The notes: generated by a model not told the origin, from the sequence alone. 64,000 bases of DNA from Candidatus Bathyarchaeia archaeon (GCA_049512935.1 JBEKWR010000007.1:41815-105814), one strand, 5' to 3'. Shown: positions 39,162 through 49,655, counted from the stretch's first letter. Program-made: numbers and translations.

Positions 39162-40973
39162 ATGGGTGACGTCGACTCGCTTAACCACTCGATAGACAAC
39201 GCGAAGAAACATTACGGGTCAATGTTCTCCCTCATAAGTTCCAGGAAATCCCTTTTGATTCTTGCCGTGGTGTGCCTTGTAATAGGGCTCCTGTCTTATG
39301 CTGCTGTTCCTGCTCAGGGCTTAGCCCTTTCCCTTATTCTTGCTCTTTCGTTCTTTGCCCTAACCGTCTCAGCCGATCTGATAGTAAGCAAGGTGCTTCT
39401 GAAAGCCGACCCGATTTTCGTTCTGCGCCGAAACCTGTTCCTCTCCTGGTTCAGTCTGGGTGTTTGGTTAATCTTCATGATTATTGGTGTTGCGTTAGGT
39501 TTTGGCTTTGGCGAATTATGGTGGGTTAGGCTCTCACTGCTAGGTTTCGCCGCGATTGTTACCCTTAGAATCATCGTTTTTGTTGCAACGTCAGATGCAG
39601 AAGTCTGGCGAAGGGGACTGGCGGTTCTGCTTCAACCGACCCTTTGCTTGATACCGCTTCTCTTCTTTTGGGCTGGCCTTTCAGGCGCCGCCCCAGTGCA
39701 AGTCTTACCTTTCATCGTGCTCTCTCCCGTCATTGCGCTTATCGTTGGGCTGCTGTTCTTTTATCCCATAGTTCAGTTAGGCAAAAGCATCTCGATATCT
39801 TCCATACCGCTGTTCAAAGCGTTCATAGCCGACTGGGTAAGCGGTGCCAACGCGCCGCTTGAAAAATTCTTCGAAGACCTCGGGGAAAACGCGGACATTA
39901 AAGTTGACGTGCTCAAGTTTGAGTCTACAAAACCTAAAGCTGCCATCATTCTGTCACACGTGCACCCTGGACCCTTCAGCAACATCGGTAGCAGCCTGTT
40001 GCCTTCGCTCATGAAGCATGAATTTCAAAAGGTATACGCCTGCGAAGCCTGCACGCCTCTTGGCATTCTGGGGCATGAACGAGACTTAGCGTCACAAGCG
40101 CAGAATCACAAGATAATATCTCAAGTGGTGGCGTCAGCAAATTTCAAGTCGTCAGCTGACTCAGCGTCACCCCGTGTCAAAGCCACTGAAGGTTTCGCCA
40201 CTGCTTCATGCCAAATCTTCGGAGACACCGCTTTCATTTCTTTTACGCTTGCTCCGAAAACAACCGAGGATCTGCCTCAAGAGTTAGGACGCTTCGTAAG
40301 TGAAGAGGCAGAAAAATACGGGTTGAAAAACGCTATAGTCGTGAACACGCACAACAGCCTGACAGAAGTCGTTGACACCGAAGTGCACTTAGACGCCCTG
40401 CGAACCGCCGCTTCCAGATGCCTCCAAAAGGCAGTCGCGCAGCCCAGAAGCCGCTTCAAGGTTGGCGCCGCCAGCGTTTACCCGCAGGAATTCTCGTTGA
40501 AGGATGGGATGGGGTCGGGCGGAATTACCGCGATAGCTGTCGAGGTGCAGGGGCAGAAAACCGTTTACGTGGTGATTGATGGTAACAACATGATTTCTGG
40601 GTTGAGGGAGAAGGTCCTTGCTGCTTTGGCATCGGCTGGTTTTGGCGAAGGCGAAGTTTTCACTACTGACACTCACGCCGTCAGCGCCATTATCACGGGT
40701 CGCCGTGGCTACCATCCCGTGGGCGAAGTCATGGATAACGAGGTTCTCATTCGCTACATCTGTGACGCGGCAAAGAAGGCTGATGCAACCTCGGAGGCTT
40801 CAAGCGTCGGCAGCTTAAGCCTGGTGGTTCCCAACGTCAGGGTGATCGGGGAAGCCAGGTTGAAATCTCTGACGTCGCTTGTGGACAGGGCAATCCAGAA
40901 AGTCAAGCAAACGTTGGTTCCCATCTTCGGGTTGGAAGGGCTAATCTTAATCCTGATTCTGCTACTTCTGTGA
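39162..40973 (+). CDS. DUF2070-family membrane protein
   Basis: N-terminal TMs; VHPGPFSNIGSS, NTHN, DGNNM, TTDTH. Confidence 0.85.
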   Translation: MGDVDSLNHSIDNAKKHYGSMFSLISSRKSLLILAVVCLVIGLLSYAAVPAQGLALSLILALSFFALTVSADLIVSKVLLKADPIFVLRRNLFLSWFSLGVWLIFMIIGVALGFGFGELWWVRLSLLGFAAIVTLRIIVFVATSDAEVWRRGLAVLLQPTLCLIPLLFFWAGLSGAAPVQVLPFIVLSPVIALIVGLLFFYPIVQLGKSISISSIPLFKAFIADWVSGANAPLEKFFEDLGENADIKVDVLKFESTKPKAAIILSHVHPGPFSNIGSSLLPSLMKHEFQKVYACEACTPLGILGHERDLASQAQNHKIISQVVASANFKSSADSASPRVKATEGFATASCQIFGDTAFISFTLAPKTTEDLPQELGRFVSEEAEKYGLKNAIVVNTHNSLTEVVDTEVHLDALRTAASRCLQKAVAQPRSRFKVGAASVYPQEFSLKDGMGSGGITAIAVEVQGQKTVYVVIDGNNMISGLREKVLAALASAGFGEGEVFTTDTHAVSAIITGRRGYHPVGEVMDNEVLIRYICDAAKKADATSEASSVGSLSLVVPNVRVIGEARLKSLTSLVDRAIQKVKQTLVPIFGLEGLILILILLLL

Positions 40974-41090
40974 GTTAAAGCCGTTTTTCACGGCGGGTAA
41001 AGGTGAACATTGCCTGTTTACTAGTCCCTTTTTGCGGGAGTTTTCTGGGAAATGTCTTATCCGAGAATTGTTGTCAAAAGAAACCTGAAT

Positions 41091-41645
41091 CTACTTTGCC
41101 TTAACGTTTTTGAGGGTTCTGCGCGGTTTTCTCTTAAGCTCTGTGCCGCAGACAAGACACTCTTTGGATGAGCAGTTTGCGGGGTACTCGCGGTGGCATG
41201 CTGGACAGTATCTTACCCACTCTAAAAGGCGCTTTATACCGAAGGTGCCGAGTGCTAAAAACTCGATGCCCATCTGTGTCGCAACGTTCTGGATTGAATA
41301 GTCGTCAGTTACTATTTGAGGCGTGTAGCCCTCGGCTTTCAACTCAATGCACAGCGCCAAAAGCTGCATATCCGCCCTCGAAAGCAGGTACGAGTCGCCG
41401 AGTTTGCTTGCAGAAACCTTCGCGGCGTTCAAGAATTCTTCTCGGGGCGCTTTAACCTTGACCTTCCCGCTTTCAATAGCCGCCTTAAACCTTGTGCTTA
41501 TGATCGAGTTCCTTCTTATTTCCTCTTCAACCGCGGGAACAGTCGCCAGTTCTTCACTCAAACTGAAAGGGTCAAAGCCAGCCAAGAACGCGCTGGTATC
41601 TAGGACAACGACTTTTCGGCATTGATTGTTTTCTTCGCCTGTCAT
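41091..41645 (-). CDS. nob1: Nob1 endonuclease (PIN + Zn ribbon)
   Basis: VLDTSAF, LSRAD, TDDYSIQNVA, CPAC..CLVCG. Confidence 0.9.
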   Translation of the reverse strand: MTGEENNQCRKVVVLDTSAFLAGFDPFSLSEELATVPAVEEEIRRNSIISTRFKAAIESGKVKVKAPREEFLNAAKVSASKLGDSYLLSRADMQLLALCIELKAEGYTPQIVTDDYSIQNVATQMGIEFLALGTFGIKRLLEWVRYCPACHREYPANCSSKECLVCGTELKRKPRRTLKNVKAK

Positions 41646-42493
41646 TCTGTTCCCTTAAAAAGAAGTCGACCTCTTAATCGGTCGTAGAAGTCGCAGTCAA
41701 ACCTGATGAAGGACGTCACGTTCTTTGACACAGTGACTTTCAACGTTGGATCTGTGCCGCTTACAAGTCTGCGGTATTTTCCGTCAATCGACACAAGCAC
41801 CTGCTTCGGGTTAACCACATTGAACGTGATCGATGAGTCCGAGGGAAAAACAAGTGAAGGAAAAGCGGTTAACGAGCAGATGGACGTGACAACAAACGAG
41901 TCAACACACGGGTCTAACACGGGGCCTCCTGCTGAAAGAGAATAACCCGTCGAGCCTGTTGGCGTAGCGGCGATTAAGCCGTCCGCTTGGCATTTAAGAA
42001 TGGGCTTTCCATCCTTGAATATCTGGGCGGAAAGGATGCTTGCCGGCTCGCCAGCCGAAATGACCACGTCGTTCAACGCGTCTGGAAACGATTCCTCGCC
42101 CGAAGCGACGGATAACTTGGCGCACTTTTCAATCCTGTAATCGCCCCGCAAGATCTTATCCACTGCATCACGTGCGTTTTTCGGTTCCACCTCAGTTAGG
42201 AATCCTCTTTCACCCATGTTAACGGTTAAAATCGGCGGCTCAGGCTTAGGCACGGTTATGCAGGTGCGCAAAATGGTTCCGTCCCCGCCTATCGTGATTA
42301 TGAAGTCGGTCCGCATTTTTGAGAGGGAAATCATCTCCGCCTGCGGCGCATTGACTTTTCCCGCAAGCGTATCTTCTAAGTAAACCTTCAACCCTTTCTT
42401 TGCAAGATGCTCCGCCAACTCCTCGATAAGCTTCAAAGCTGCCTTCTTGTCGTAGCGGGCGACCAAACCGACGGTTTTGAACACAAATTCCAC
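41642..42493 (-). CDS. nadK: NAD kinase
   Basis: IGGDGTIL, ALND, DGLIAATPTGSTGYSLSAGGP. Confidence 0.93.
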   Translation of the reverse strand: MEFVFKTVGLVARYDKKAALKLIEELAEHLAKKGLKVYLEDTLAGKVNAPQAEMISLSKMRTDFIITIGGDGTILRTCITVPKPEPPILTVNMGERGFLTEVEPKNARDAVDKILRGDYRIEKCAKLSVASGEESFPDALNDVVISAGEPASILSAQIFKDGKPILKCQADGLIAATPTGSTGYSLSAGGPVLDPCVDSFVVTSICSLTAFPSLVFPSDSSITFNVVNPKQVLVSIDGKYRRLVSGTDPTLKVTVSKNVTSFIRFDCDFYDRLRGRLLFKGTE

Positions 42494-42579
42494 TGCTCAG
42501 TAAAATAGCGTCACCTTAATCTATATATGGGTGTTGTTCAAAATGCATTGATTAGAAAAGTGTACTAATTGGTGAGTGT

Positions 42580-42975
42580 ATGAGTAAACCGGTTGACGTT
42601 GGAGAGCTGCGCGTTGGCGGCTACATGATGATTGAAGGCGAACCCTGCCGCATAATGGACATTGCAAAGTCTAAACCTGGAAAACACGGGTCCGCAAAAG
42701 CCAGAATCGTCGCGATAGGCGTTTTTGACAAGCAGAAGCGGCAGTTCGTGAAGCCAGTTGACCTTGGCGCGGAAGTTCCCATAATCGATAAGAGGGCGGG
42801 TCAAGTTTTCGCTGTGAACCCAACGGGAGTGCAAATTATGGATCTGGAAACTTACGAGTACATTGATGCGCCTTTTCCTGACGAGGAAGAAGTCCCCAAA
42901 GCCAAGCTTACAGCCGGCACCGAAATTGAGTACTGGAAAATACTGGGCAGAGTAAAAATCGTCCGCGCAAAATAA
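42580..42975 (+). CDS. eif5a: Translation factor aIF5A
   Basis: KSKPGKHGSAKAR hypusine motif. Confidence 0.97.
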   Translation: MSKPVDVGELRVGGYMMIEGEPCRIMDIAKSKPGKHGSAKARIVAIGVFDKQKRQFVKPVDLGAEVPIIDKRAGQVFAVNPTGVQIMDLETYEYIDAPFPDEEEVPKAKLTAGTEIEYWKILGRVKIVRAK

Positions 42976-43151
42976 ACTGCGCCCACGGGGTTTTCTTTTC
43001 TATCAAAATCTTAATTTTACACATATTTCCCGTCAACTCGCATGTTAAAAACGCTTTGTTTCACGTTAAAAAACGCGCTCGCGCTTCCATGTTGAACCAT
43101 GTTGAATCATAGTTGGAGCCTAACAGAAGCATCTAGTAGACCGAGACGGCG

Positions 43152-43357
43152 CGACCCTATACGGGTAGCTACTATTTACATCAAAATTTCATTGTAAATA
43201 TGGGTTCTTGCGTGCCAGTTGATTGGTCGCCAAGAACGAACGACCCTGTAGGGTAGGCTACTATTTGTGACAAAAAACCACCACAAAAAGCGCCAAGCCC
43301 TCAATCGCACACGAGGGGAGGGGGTCTAGTATTTGTGACCAAAAGCAACCACAAAAA
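43152..43357 (+). repeat. Three degenerate direct repeats GGG-n-CTA(C/G)TATTT(GTG)A-n-AAAA
   Basis: Copies at about 43152-43186, 43241-43289 and 43312-43357. Confidence 0.7.
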
Positions 43358-43363
43358 TGGTTT

Positions 43364-43564
43364 TTAGCTCCACCATTTCCACCCAAGCTTATTGAAGATC
43401 ACGTACATTGCCAAAAGGATTATTCCCCAGCTCAACGCGACACCTGCGATCAAAAGCGCAATGTTGCTGTGCAGGTAAACGTAGACTGCCCATGCTCCAA
43501 AAACAGCTAAACCGACAAGCAGCAAAAAGAAGATTGCTGCGTGAATGAAACGTTCAGCACCCAA
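43364..43564 (-). CDS. Small 2-TM protein
   Basis: 66-aa hydrophobic ORF, TTG start with AGGTG upstream. Confidence 0.6.
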   Translation of the reverse strand: MGAERFIHAAIFFLLLVGLAVFGAWAVYVYLHSNIALLIAGVALSWGIILLAMYVIFNKLGWKWWS

Positions 43565-43826
43565 CCGCTAACACCTAATTGATGATATGTGCCCGTCAAG
43601 TGTTAAAAGATTTTCCATCAACGTTTATTTTCCAGTCGCACCCTTTTTAGGTGAAGCCAATGATGCATGAAGAGCCGTCTGAATCGTGAAGAACAATTAA
43701 CATGGGGAACTGAGGCTTCAAAGAAACCGCGGCGCTTTGCAGCGGTCAATTTAGGTGTTTTCCGCAGTTTTAAGCTGTAATATTTATCTGAAGGAACCGC
43801 AGCATGATAAGGATTGAGAGACTCCG

Positions 43827-45173
43827 ATGGCACTAGACAAGTTAAGCTCCTCTTTGACCGACGCCATAAAAAAGCTGTTCAGGGCTGGCGTAGTGGACGA
43901 AGCCACAGTGAAGGAACTTGTCCGCGACATACAGCGGGCGCTGCTTCAAGCAGACGTCAACGTGCAGCTTGTTCTCGACATTTCAAAACGCATAGAAGAG
44001 CGCGCATTGAAAGAGAAGGTTCCACCGGGCATCTCAAGACGGGAACACGTCATAAAAGTCGTCTACGAAGAGCTAACCCGTTTCATAGGAGAAAAGCCTG
44101 TTCCAATCAAAATCGAGCTTGGCCAAAGAAAAATCATCATGCTCGTGGGAATCCAAGGGTCAGGCAAAACTACTCAGGCATCTAAACTGGCACGGTACTT
44201 CCAGAAGAGGGGGCTAAAGCCTGCGCTGATCTGCGCCGACACTTACCGCCCAGGCGCGTACGCTCAGCTTCAGCAACTGGCAAACAGGATAAACATCCCC
44301 ATCTACGGCGACCCCAAGTCTAAGGACCCGGTGAAGGTTGTCAAGGAAGGCTTGAAACAGTTCACGGGCAAGGACCTGATAATCGTTGACACGGCGGGCA
44401 GGCACAAGGAAGAAAAAGACCTCATCAAAGAAATGAAGGACCTGGAGAAGCACATTAAGCCTGACGAGGTCATAATGGTCATCGACGGCACCATCGGCCA
44501 GCAAGCGCTCATCCAGGCAAAAGCCTTCCACGAAGCAACACCCATAGGCGCAATCATCGTCACAAAACTAGACGGCTCCTCACGCGGCGGAGGCGCATTG
44601 TCAGCGGTCGCGGCAACAGGCGCCCCGATAAAGTTCATCGGCACAGGAGAAAAAATCGAAGACATCGAACCGTTTATTCCCCAGCGTTTCGTAGGACGCC
44701 TACTAGGCATGGGCGACTTGGAGACGCTTCTGGAGAAGGTGCACGACGCCGAAATCAAAGTACCAGATAAAAAAGCCAAAGAAATCCTCAGCGGCAAATT
44801 CACCTTAACCGATATGTACGAGCAGTTCCAAGCTGTCAAGAAAATGGGGCCTTTCAGCAAGGTTCTCAAGATGCTGCCAGGCATGTCCCAAGACATCCCC
44901 CAGGACATGCTTAACACGGCTGAAGGACGCCTTGAAAAGTGGGGCGTGATAATTCAGTCCATGACGCCTCAAGAGCGGGATAACCCCAAACTGCTTAACT
45001 CTTCAAGGGCAAGGCGTGTGGCGCACGGTTCAGGAACAACCGAGAAAGACGTCAAGGAACTGCTTAAGCAGTACGATATGATGCGTAAGATGCTGAAGAT
45101 GATGAAGCACAAAAAGAAGTTGCCCTTCGGCTTAGGCGGAAAAGGCATGCCCGCTAACTTTCCAGTAGGCTAA
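43827..45173 (+). CDS. srp54: Signal recognition particle protein SRP54
   Basis: ALLQADV, GIQGSGKTT, DTAGRH, TKLDGSSRGGG, M-domain IIQSMT. Confidence 0.97.
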   Translation: MALDKLSSSLTDAIKKLFRAGVVDEATVKELVRDIQRALLQADVNVQLVLDISKRIEERALKEKVPPGISRREHVIKVVYEELTRFIGEKPVPIKIELGQRKIIMLVGIQGSGKTTQASKLARYFQKRGLKPALICADTYRPGAYAQLQQLANRINIPIYGDPKSKDPVKVVKEGLKQFTGKDLIIVDTAGRHKEEKDLIKEMKDLEKHIKPDEVIMVIDGTIGQQALIQAKAFHEATPIGAIIVTKLDGSSRGGGALSAVAATGAPIKFIGTGEKIEDIEPFIPQRFVGRLLGMGDLETLLEKVHDAEIKVPDKKAKEILSGKFTLTDMYEQFQAVKKMGPFSKVLKMLPGMSQDIPQDMLNTAEGRLEKWGVIIQSMTPQERDNPKLLNSSRARRVAHGSGTTEKDVKELLKQYDMMRKMLKMMKHKKKLPFGLGGKGMPANFPVG

Positions 45174-45178
45174 ACGAC

Positions 45179-46510
45179 ATGGATATACTGGAAAAAGCGC
45201 TTGAGCTTCTCAGCAAGTACCCCCTCTGCGACCACTGCATTGGCAGGCAATTCGCGTTGCTCGGGTACAACATGGAAAACAACGTTCGAGGATCAGCCCT
45301 AAAAGTCAGTTTAACCCTGCAAGCAAACAACCTGGCAAAAGAAGACAACCCCAACGGCGTTAAACACCTAAAAGTTTTGGCAACCAACGGCTTTTCAAGA
45401 GAAGCCCAAGAAACCCTAAAACACCTGAAAAAACGCGTTCCCAAACACGCTGAAGCCAAGTGTTTTCTCTGCGAAGGCAAATTCGAGCTTATCGACGCTC
45501 TAACCGAGAAGTCTTTAGCCGCCGTTCAGGGGTACGAGTACACCACTTTCCTCGTAGGAATCGAACTGCCCGTCAAGGTTGAGGAACGTGAAGACGAGTT
45601 TAAAGCCGCCTTCAACCTCGGCTACAGCGAAAGCATCAAGCATGAGTTTGGAAGATTATTCGGCAAAGCCCTCGGGTTGCGCACGGGCAAAGAGGCAGAC
45701 TATCTGAAGCCTGACATGGTCGTGGTAATCAACCCTTTCCGCGAGAGCGTTCGCCTTCAGGTTAACCCTCTTTTCGTCGCTGGCAGATACCGCAAGCTCG
45801 TAAGGGATATTCCGCAGTCGAAATGGTTCTGCTCAAACTGCCGTGGAAGAGGCTGCGAAAAATGCGGCGGAACAGGCAAACTGTACCCTGAATCGGTAGA
45901 GGAACTCTCGTCAAAACCCCTTCTGGAAACAGCAGAAGGCGAAACAACATCTTTCCACGCTTCCGGCCGCGAAGACATCGACGCTAGAATGCTAGGCACA
46001 GGACGCCCCTTTGTCATCGAGGTTTCCAAGCCAAAGAAACGGTTTTTTGACCTCAAAGAAATCGAACGTAAAATTAACGCGGGCGCCATAGGAAAGGTTG
46101 AGGTTTCACGGTTACGCTTCGCAGACAAGGACGTGGTGAGGCGCCTGAAAAAAGGCGAGGGCTCCCAGAAAAAATACCGTTTGCTAGCCGAATTTGAAAG
46201 TGATGTTTCCGACGAGGGCTTACGCATGCTGGAGGAAAGGCTCAGCGGCGCTTTGATTAAGCAGCAGACGCCTCTCCGCGTTGTGCATAGGAGGGCGGAT
46301 CTTACGCGGGAAAGGTACATATATAAGCTTAAAGTTAAGAAGGTGTCGCTTAAGAGGGCCATGTTGGAAATTTACTGTCAAGGTGGCCTCTACGTCAAAG
46401 AATTGGTGTCTGGAGATGAAGGAAGAACAAACCCGAACGTTTCAGATCTGCTCGCAAACAGAGCGAAGACGCTTAAGCTTGACGTTTTAAAAGTTATGAT
46501 GAATGATTAA
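45179..46510 (+). CDS. pus10: tRNA pseudouridine(54/55) synthase Pus10
   Basis: LCDHCIGR, GRYRK..IPQSKW, ASGREDIDARMLG, QQTPLRV, GGLYVKELVSGD. Confidence 0.95.
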   Translation: MDILEKALELLSKYPLCDHCIGRQFALLGYNMENNVRGSALKVSLTLQANNLAKEDNPNGVKHLKVLATNGFSREAQETLKHLKKRVPKHAEAKCFLCEGKFELIDALTEKSLAAVQGYEYTTFLVGIELPVKVEEREDEFKAAFNLGYSESIKHEFGRLFGKALGLRTGKEADYLKPDMVVVINPFRESVRLQVNPLFVAGRYRKLVRDIPQSKWFCSNCRGRGCEKCGGTGKLYPESVEELSSKPLLETAEGETTSFHASGREDIDARMLGTGRPFVIEVSKPKKRFFDLKEIERKINAGAIGKVEVSRLRFADKDVVRRLKKGEGSQKKYRLLAEFESDVSDEGLRMLEERLSGALIKQQTPLRVVHRRADLTRERYIYKLKVKKVSLKRAMLEIYCQGGLYVKELVSGDEGRTNPNVSDLLANRAKTLKLDVLKVMMND

Positions 46511-46525
46511 CAAGGTGAAATTTGG

Positions 46526-46831
46526 ATGAGAGGTTCAAAAGGATATTACGCTGGTACTCGCAGCCTACTGAAAAAGGCAACCAGAGAAAAAGGGAAACCG
46601 AAAATCAAAAAAATACTTCAAGACTACCCGCCTGGATCCCAAGTGATAATAAAGATGGATTCCAGCACGCAGAAGAGCATGCCGCATAAACGTTTCCACG
46701 GCAAAATAGGTACAATCAAAGACAAACGCGGACGAGGGTACGTCGTGGTTGTGCCGCAGGGTAACAGCATTAAAGAAATCATTGTCCGCTCTGAACATTT
46801 AGAGCCGTACATGGGCAGTGGGACACAATGA
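46526..46831 (+). CDS. rpl21e: 50S ribosomal protein L21e
   Basis: TRSLLKK, MPHKRFHGKIG, RSEHL. Confidence 0.95.
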   Translation: MRGSKGYYAGTRSLLKKATREKGKPKIKKILQDYPPGSQVIIKMDSSTQKSMPHKRFHGKIGTIKDKRGRGYVVVVPQGNSIKEIIVRSEHLEPYMGSGTQ

Positions 46832-47166
46832 GCAAAAGAGAAGTTAGCGAAAACCGTTTAACGTTGCCTCAGGTTAAGAAACTTTTAGAAACCATCGGCG
46901 AGGAAAACCTGGATCAATTCCAGCGTCGAACGCTCGATTACGTTAACAAGTTCTCGAAAGCTGACCCTGAAAAGGCGGAAGAGCTCCTGCAGGTCCTTAC
47001 CAAGGAGTATGAAATTGACGAGGCTGAAGCGATCCAAATCATAAATTGCATGCCTGAAACAGTTGATGAGTTGCGTGTTTTCCTAGCTGGCGGGCGGAAG
47101 ATCATTGAGACCTCAAAATTGAAGGCAATCGTTGAGCTTCTGAATGAGAACCGGACTTTGAAGTAG
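46828..47166 (+). CDS. rpo4: RNA polymerase subunit Rpo4 (F)
   Basis: LDYVNKFSK, IINCMPETVDELR; conserved position after L21e. Confidence 0.9.
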   Translation: MSKREVSENRLTLPQVKKLLETIGEENLDQFQRRTLDYVNKFSKADPEKAEELLQVLTKEYEIDEAEAIQIINCMPETVDELRVFLAGGRKIIETSKLKAIVELLNENRTLK

Positions 47167-47229
47167 CCCTAAGCGACTAAGTATTTTTAAGCAGTAAGCA
47201 CAATAGAATACAGGGCTTAGTGACTACTA

Positions 47230-47796
47230 ATGGAAAAGCGGTATGAAGAGTACGCCTACGTACTAGATTTCCTGTCGCATGGTAAACCAGGGTTCCGTCC
47301 AACCGGGCGGGCAGGCTACAGGGCAGGTGCTCTGATTCAGAGTGTCGGCGAAGAGTTTTTCACGCTCTTAGAGGCTTTGGTAAAGGAGGGGTTAGTCTTG
47401 AAGCCTGGCGACCGCGTGTACGTTGGCAAAGATTCCCGTTCGGAGGTTACTTACATTATAGGGCGCGTCGGCTATGATGAGTTAACCGCGTCGGCCAAGG
47501 CTGAGCTTCCAAGCGTGATTAATCGTGTTGTGCTGAATAGGGAGCAGTGGTTTGTGAACTTTTTCAACACGGCTCGTGCGATTACTCCTCGAATGCATGC
47601 CTTAGAACTTGTGCCTGGCATCGGCAAAAAGTACATGTGGCAAGTGATCAATGAGCGTACCCGAAAGCCGTTTGAAAGTTTTGAGGACTTGCAGAAGCGA
47701 ACCGAGCTGCCTAACCCCGTGAAGCTGATTACCAAACGGGTTATGGAGGAGCTTGAGGGCGACAGCAAGTATCGATTGTTCACGCGGGCGCAGTAA
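47230..47796 (+). CDS. DUF655 nucleic-acid-binding protein
   Basis: EEYAYVLDFL, FTLLE, ITPRMHALELVPGIGKK. Confidence 0.9.
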   Translation: MEKRYEEYAYVLDFLSHGKPGFRPTGRAGYRAGALIQSVGEEFFTLLEALVKEGLVLKPGDRVYVGKDSRSEVTYIIGRVGYDELTASAKAELPSVINRVVLNREQWFVNFFNTARAITPRMHALELVPGIGKKYMWQVINERTRKPFESFEDLQKRTELPNPVKLITKRVMEELEGDSKYRLFTRAQ

Positions 47797-47806
47797 GGCA
47801 TAGCAG

Positions 47807-48625
47807 ATGAGCCTTGAAGAAACGAAGCAACTGCTTCGAACCTATCGAATCACCCCGAATAGGCTTCTGGGGCAGAATTTCATGGTTGAGCCGTCTCTCT
47901 ACGGCAAAATGTGCTTTTACGCGTCGCTCGATCCTTCGGATGTGGTGTTGGATGTTGGTGCAGGCTTCGGTTTTCTAAGCCGTTTCTTGGCTGGCAAGTG
48001 CAAAGCTGTAATTGCAGTTGAGAAAGACCCCAACGTCGCGGAGGCGCTTCGTAAACAGGTCGAACGGGTCGGCAACGTGACCGTGATAGAAGGAGACGTG
48101 TTGATGGCTGGGCTGCCGACGTTTAACAAGGTTATAGCGATTCCTCCCTACTCTCTTTCTTCTCATCTTGCAATGTGGCTTCTTGAACAAAACATTGATT
48201 GTGCGGTGCTTATTGTTCAAAAAGAATTTGCCAGGCGGCTTGATGCGAAGGTAGGCAGCGAGGATTACGGCTGGTTAACCGTTCTAACCTTCCCGCGAGT
48301 GAAGGCTGAACTTTTGGATGCTGTTCCTAAAGGCATGTTTTTTCCTGAGCCGAAGGTTGATTCAGTTGTTGTTCGGCTTACTCCTTGGGATAAACGCAAG
48401 TTTGAAGTTGGGGACGAGGTGTTCTTTAAGCAGCTCACAAAGTGGCTCTTTACTCAACGCAACAAAAAGTTAGGTAAAGCGATCGCGCCTTTCCTTAAGT
48501 CTAATCTGCGGTTGAGCAAGCAAGACGCGCAGAAGATTGCGGCTGCGTTGCCATTTCATGATGAACGCGTGAGAGAGTTGATCCCTGAACAGTTTGGAGA
48601 ATTAGCAAATGCAGTTCCCCGTTAG
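47807..48625 (+). CDS. rsmA: 16S rRNA m6,2A dimethyltransferase KsgA/Dim1
   Basis: LGQNF, DVGAGFG, QKEFARRL, FFPEPKVDS. Confidence 0.93.
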   Translation: MSLEETKQLLRTYRITPNRLLGQNFMVEPSLYGKMCFYASLDPSDVVLDVGAGFGFLSRFLAGKCKAVIAVEKDPNVAEALRKQVERVGNVTVIEGDVLMAGLPTFNKVIAIPPYSLSSHLAMWLLEQNIDCAVLIVQKEFARRLDAKVGSEDYGWLTVLTFPRVKAELLDAVPKGMFFPEPKVDSVVVRLTPWDKRKFEVGDEVFFKQLTKWLFTQRNKKLGKAIAPFLKSNLRLSKQDAQKIAAALPFHDERVRELIPEQFGELANAVPR

Positions 48626-49223
48626 TCGAGTGAACTTCGGCAAGTTCGTTTTTGATGTTTGGGAGAACGTTTACGCGCCTGCAGAGGACTCTTTTCTTTT
48701 TGCTGAAAACCTTGAGGTTGAAGAGGGTTCAAGTGTGCTAGATTTGGGCGCTGGCTGTGGCATCTTGGGCGTGATTGCAGCGGAAAAAGCCGCTGGGGTT
48801 CTCTCGGTTGACCTAAATCCCTTCGCGGTGCGTTGTGCAAGAGCGAATTCGGTGCTTAACAAACTAGAGGGCAAAATGGCTTTCGTGCAGGCTGATCTAT
48901 TGACGGCTTTTGACGAGAACGCAAAGTTTGATTTAATCCTCTTTAACGCGCCTTACTTGCCAGCGGTTGAAGGCGAGGATGAAACTTGGATTGGCCGCGC
49001 GTGGGCAGGAGGCGTTAACGGGCGGCAGGTTATCGACCGTTTCATTTCCCAGGTTGGGCGGCACTTGAAAGCTGGCGGTCGGGTTCTCTTGATGCAGTCA
49101 ACGCTTGCCAACGTTGAAGAAACAGCTTTCAGGTTTGGGGCTCATGGGCTTAAAGCGAGCGTTAAGGCGGAACGTGCGCTTCCTTTCTTTGAGACTTTGA
49201 CGCTTGTGGAAGCCAAGTTTTAG
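48609..49223 (+). CDS. HemK2/PrmC-like methyltransferase
   Basis: VYAPAEDSFL, DLGAGCG, FNAPYLP, WAGG. Confidence 0.88.
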   Translation: MQFPVSRVNFGKFVFDVWENVYAPAEDSFLFAENLEVEEGSSVLDLGAGCGILGVIAAEKAAGVLSVDLNPFAVRCARANSVLNKLEGKMAFVQADLLTAFDENAKFDLILFNAPYLPAVEGEDETWIGRAWAGGVNGRQVIDRFISQVGRHLKAGGRVLLMQSTLANVEETAFRFGAHGLKASVKAERALPFFETLTLVEAKF

Positions 49224-49296
49224 TCCACAGTCTTTTGCCCAGCAATGTGAAAAGCAAATAAGGGGATTGTGTATTGGTTATTGTGGTGAATGCGAG

Positions 49297-49626
49297 ATGG
49301 TAAGTTGGTTTTACGTTAAGACAAGCGACGATCCCAAAGTTGTCGGAGAGGTTGTGTGTAGCTTTAACTTTGAGCAGGGCGAGCATCCTCAGGACCAGTA
49401 CTCTTGGATTTTGGTTCCTGGCAGGGATTCGCCTGACTACTGGGAGATAAGGGGCAAGTACGCCGTGTTAAAGGACCTCGCTGAAATCGGTATTGTTTAC
49501 AGGATAGGTGACACGGTGGTTTTTGCTGAGATAGAGGATTCTTTGGCGCCTGACCTTGTTGATCCCCTGATAACTAAGTATGGTTTTGACAACGTGAAGT
49601 GGATAGTGGTTCCGGGAAGCCGCTGA
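49297..49626 (+). CDS. Hypothetical protein
   Basis: MVSWFYVKTSDDPK.. ORF with GGTGA upstream. Confidence 0.65.
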   Translation: MVSWFYVKTSDDPKVVGEVVCSFNFEQGEHPQDQYSWILVPGRDSPDYWEIRGKYAVLKDLAEIGIVYRIGDTVVFAEIEDSLAPDLVDPLITKYGFDNVKWIVVPGSR

Positions 49627-49655
49627 TCGTCGTTAACCTTCGACTTTCTCTTTCG

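Noticed and set aside
43152-43357. CRISPR array or SRP (7S) RNA upstream of srp54
   Set aside because: Repeats are degenerate with unequal periods and no cas genes; the region is not GC-rich and no SRP helix 8 motif was recognised.
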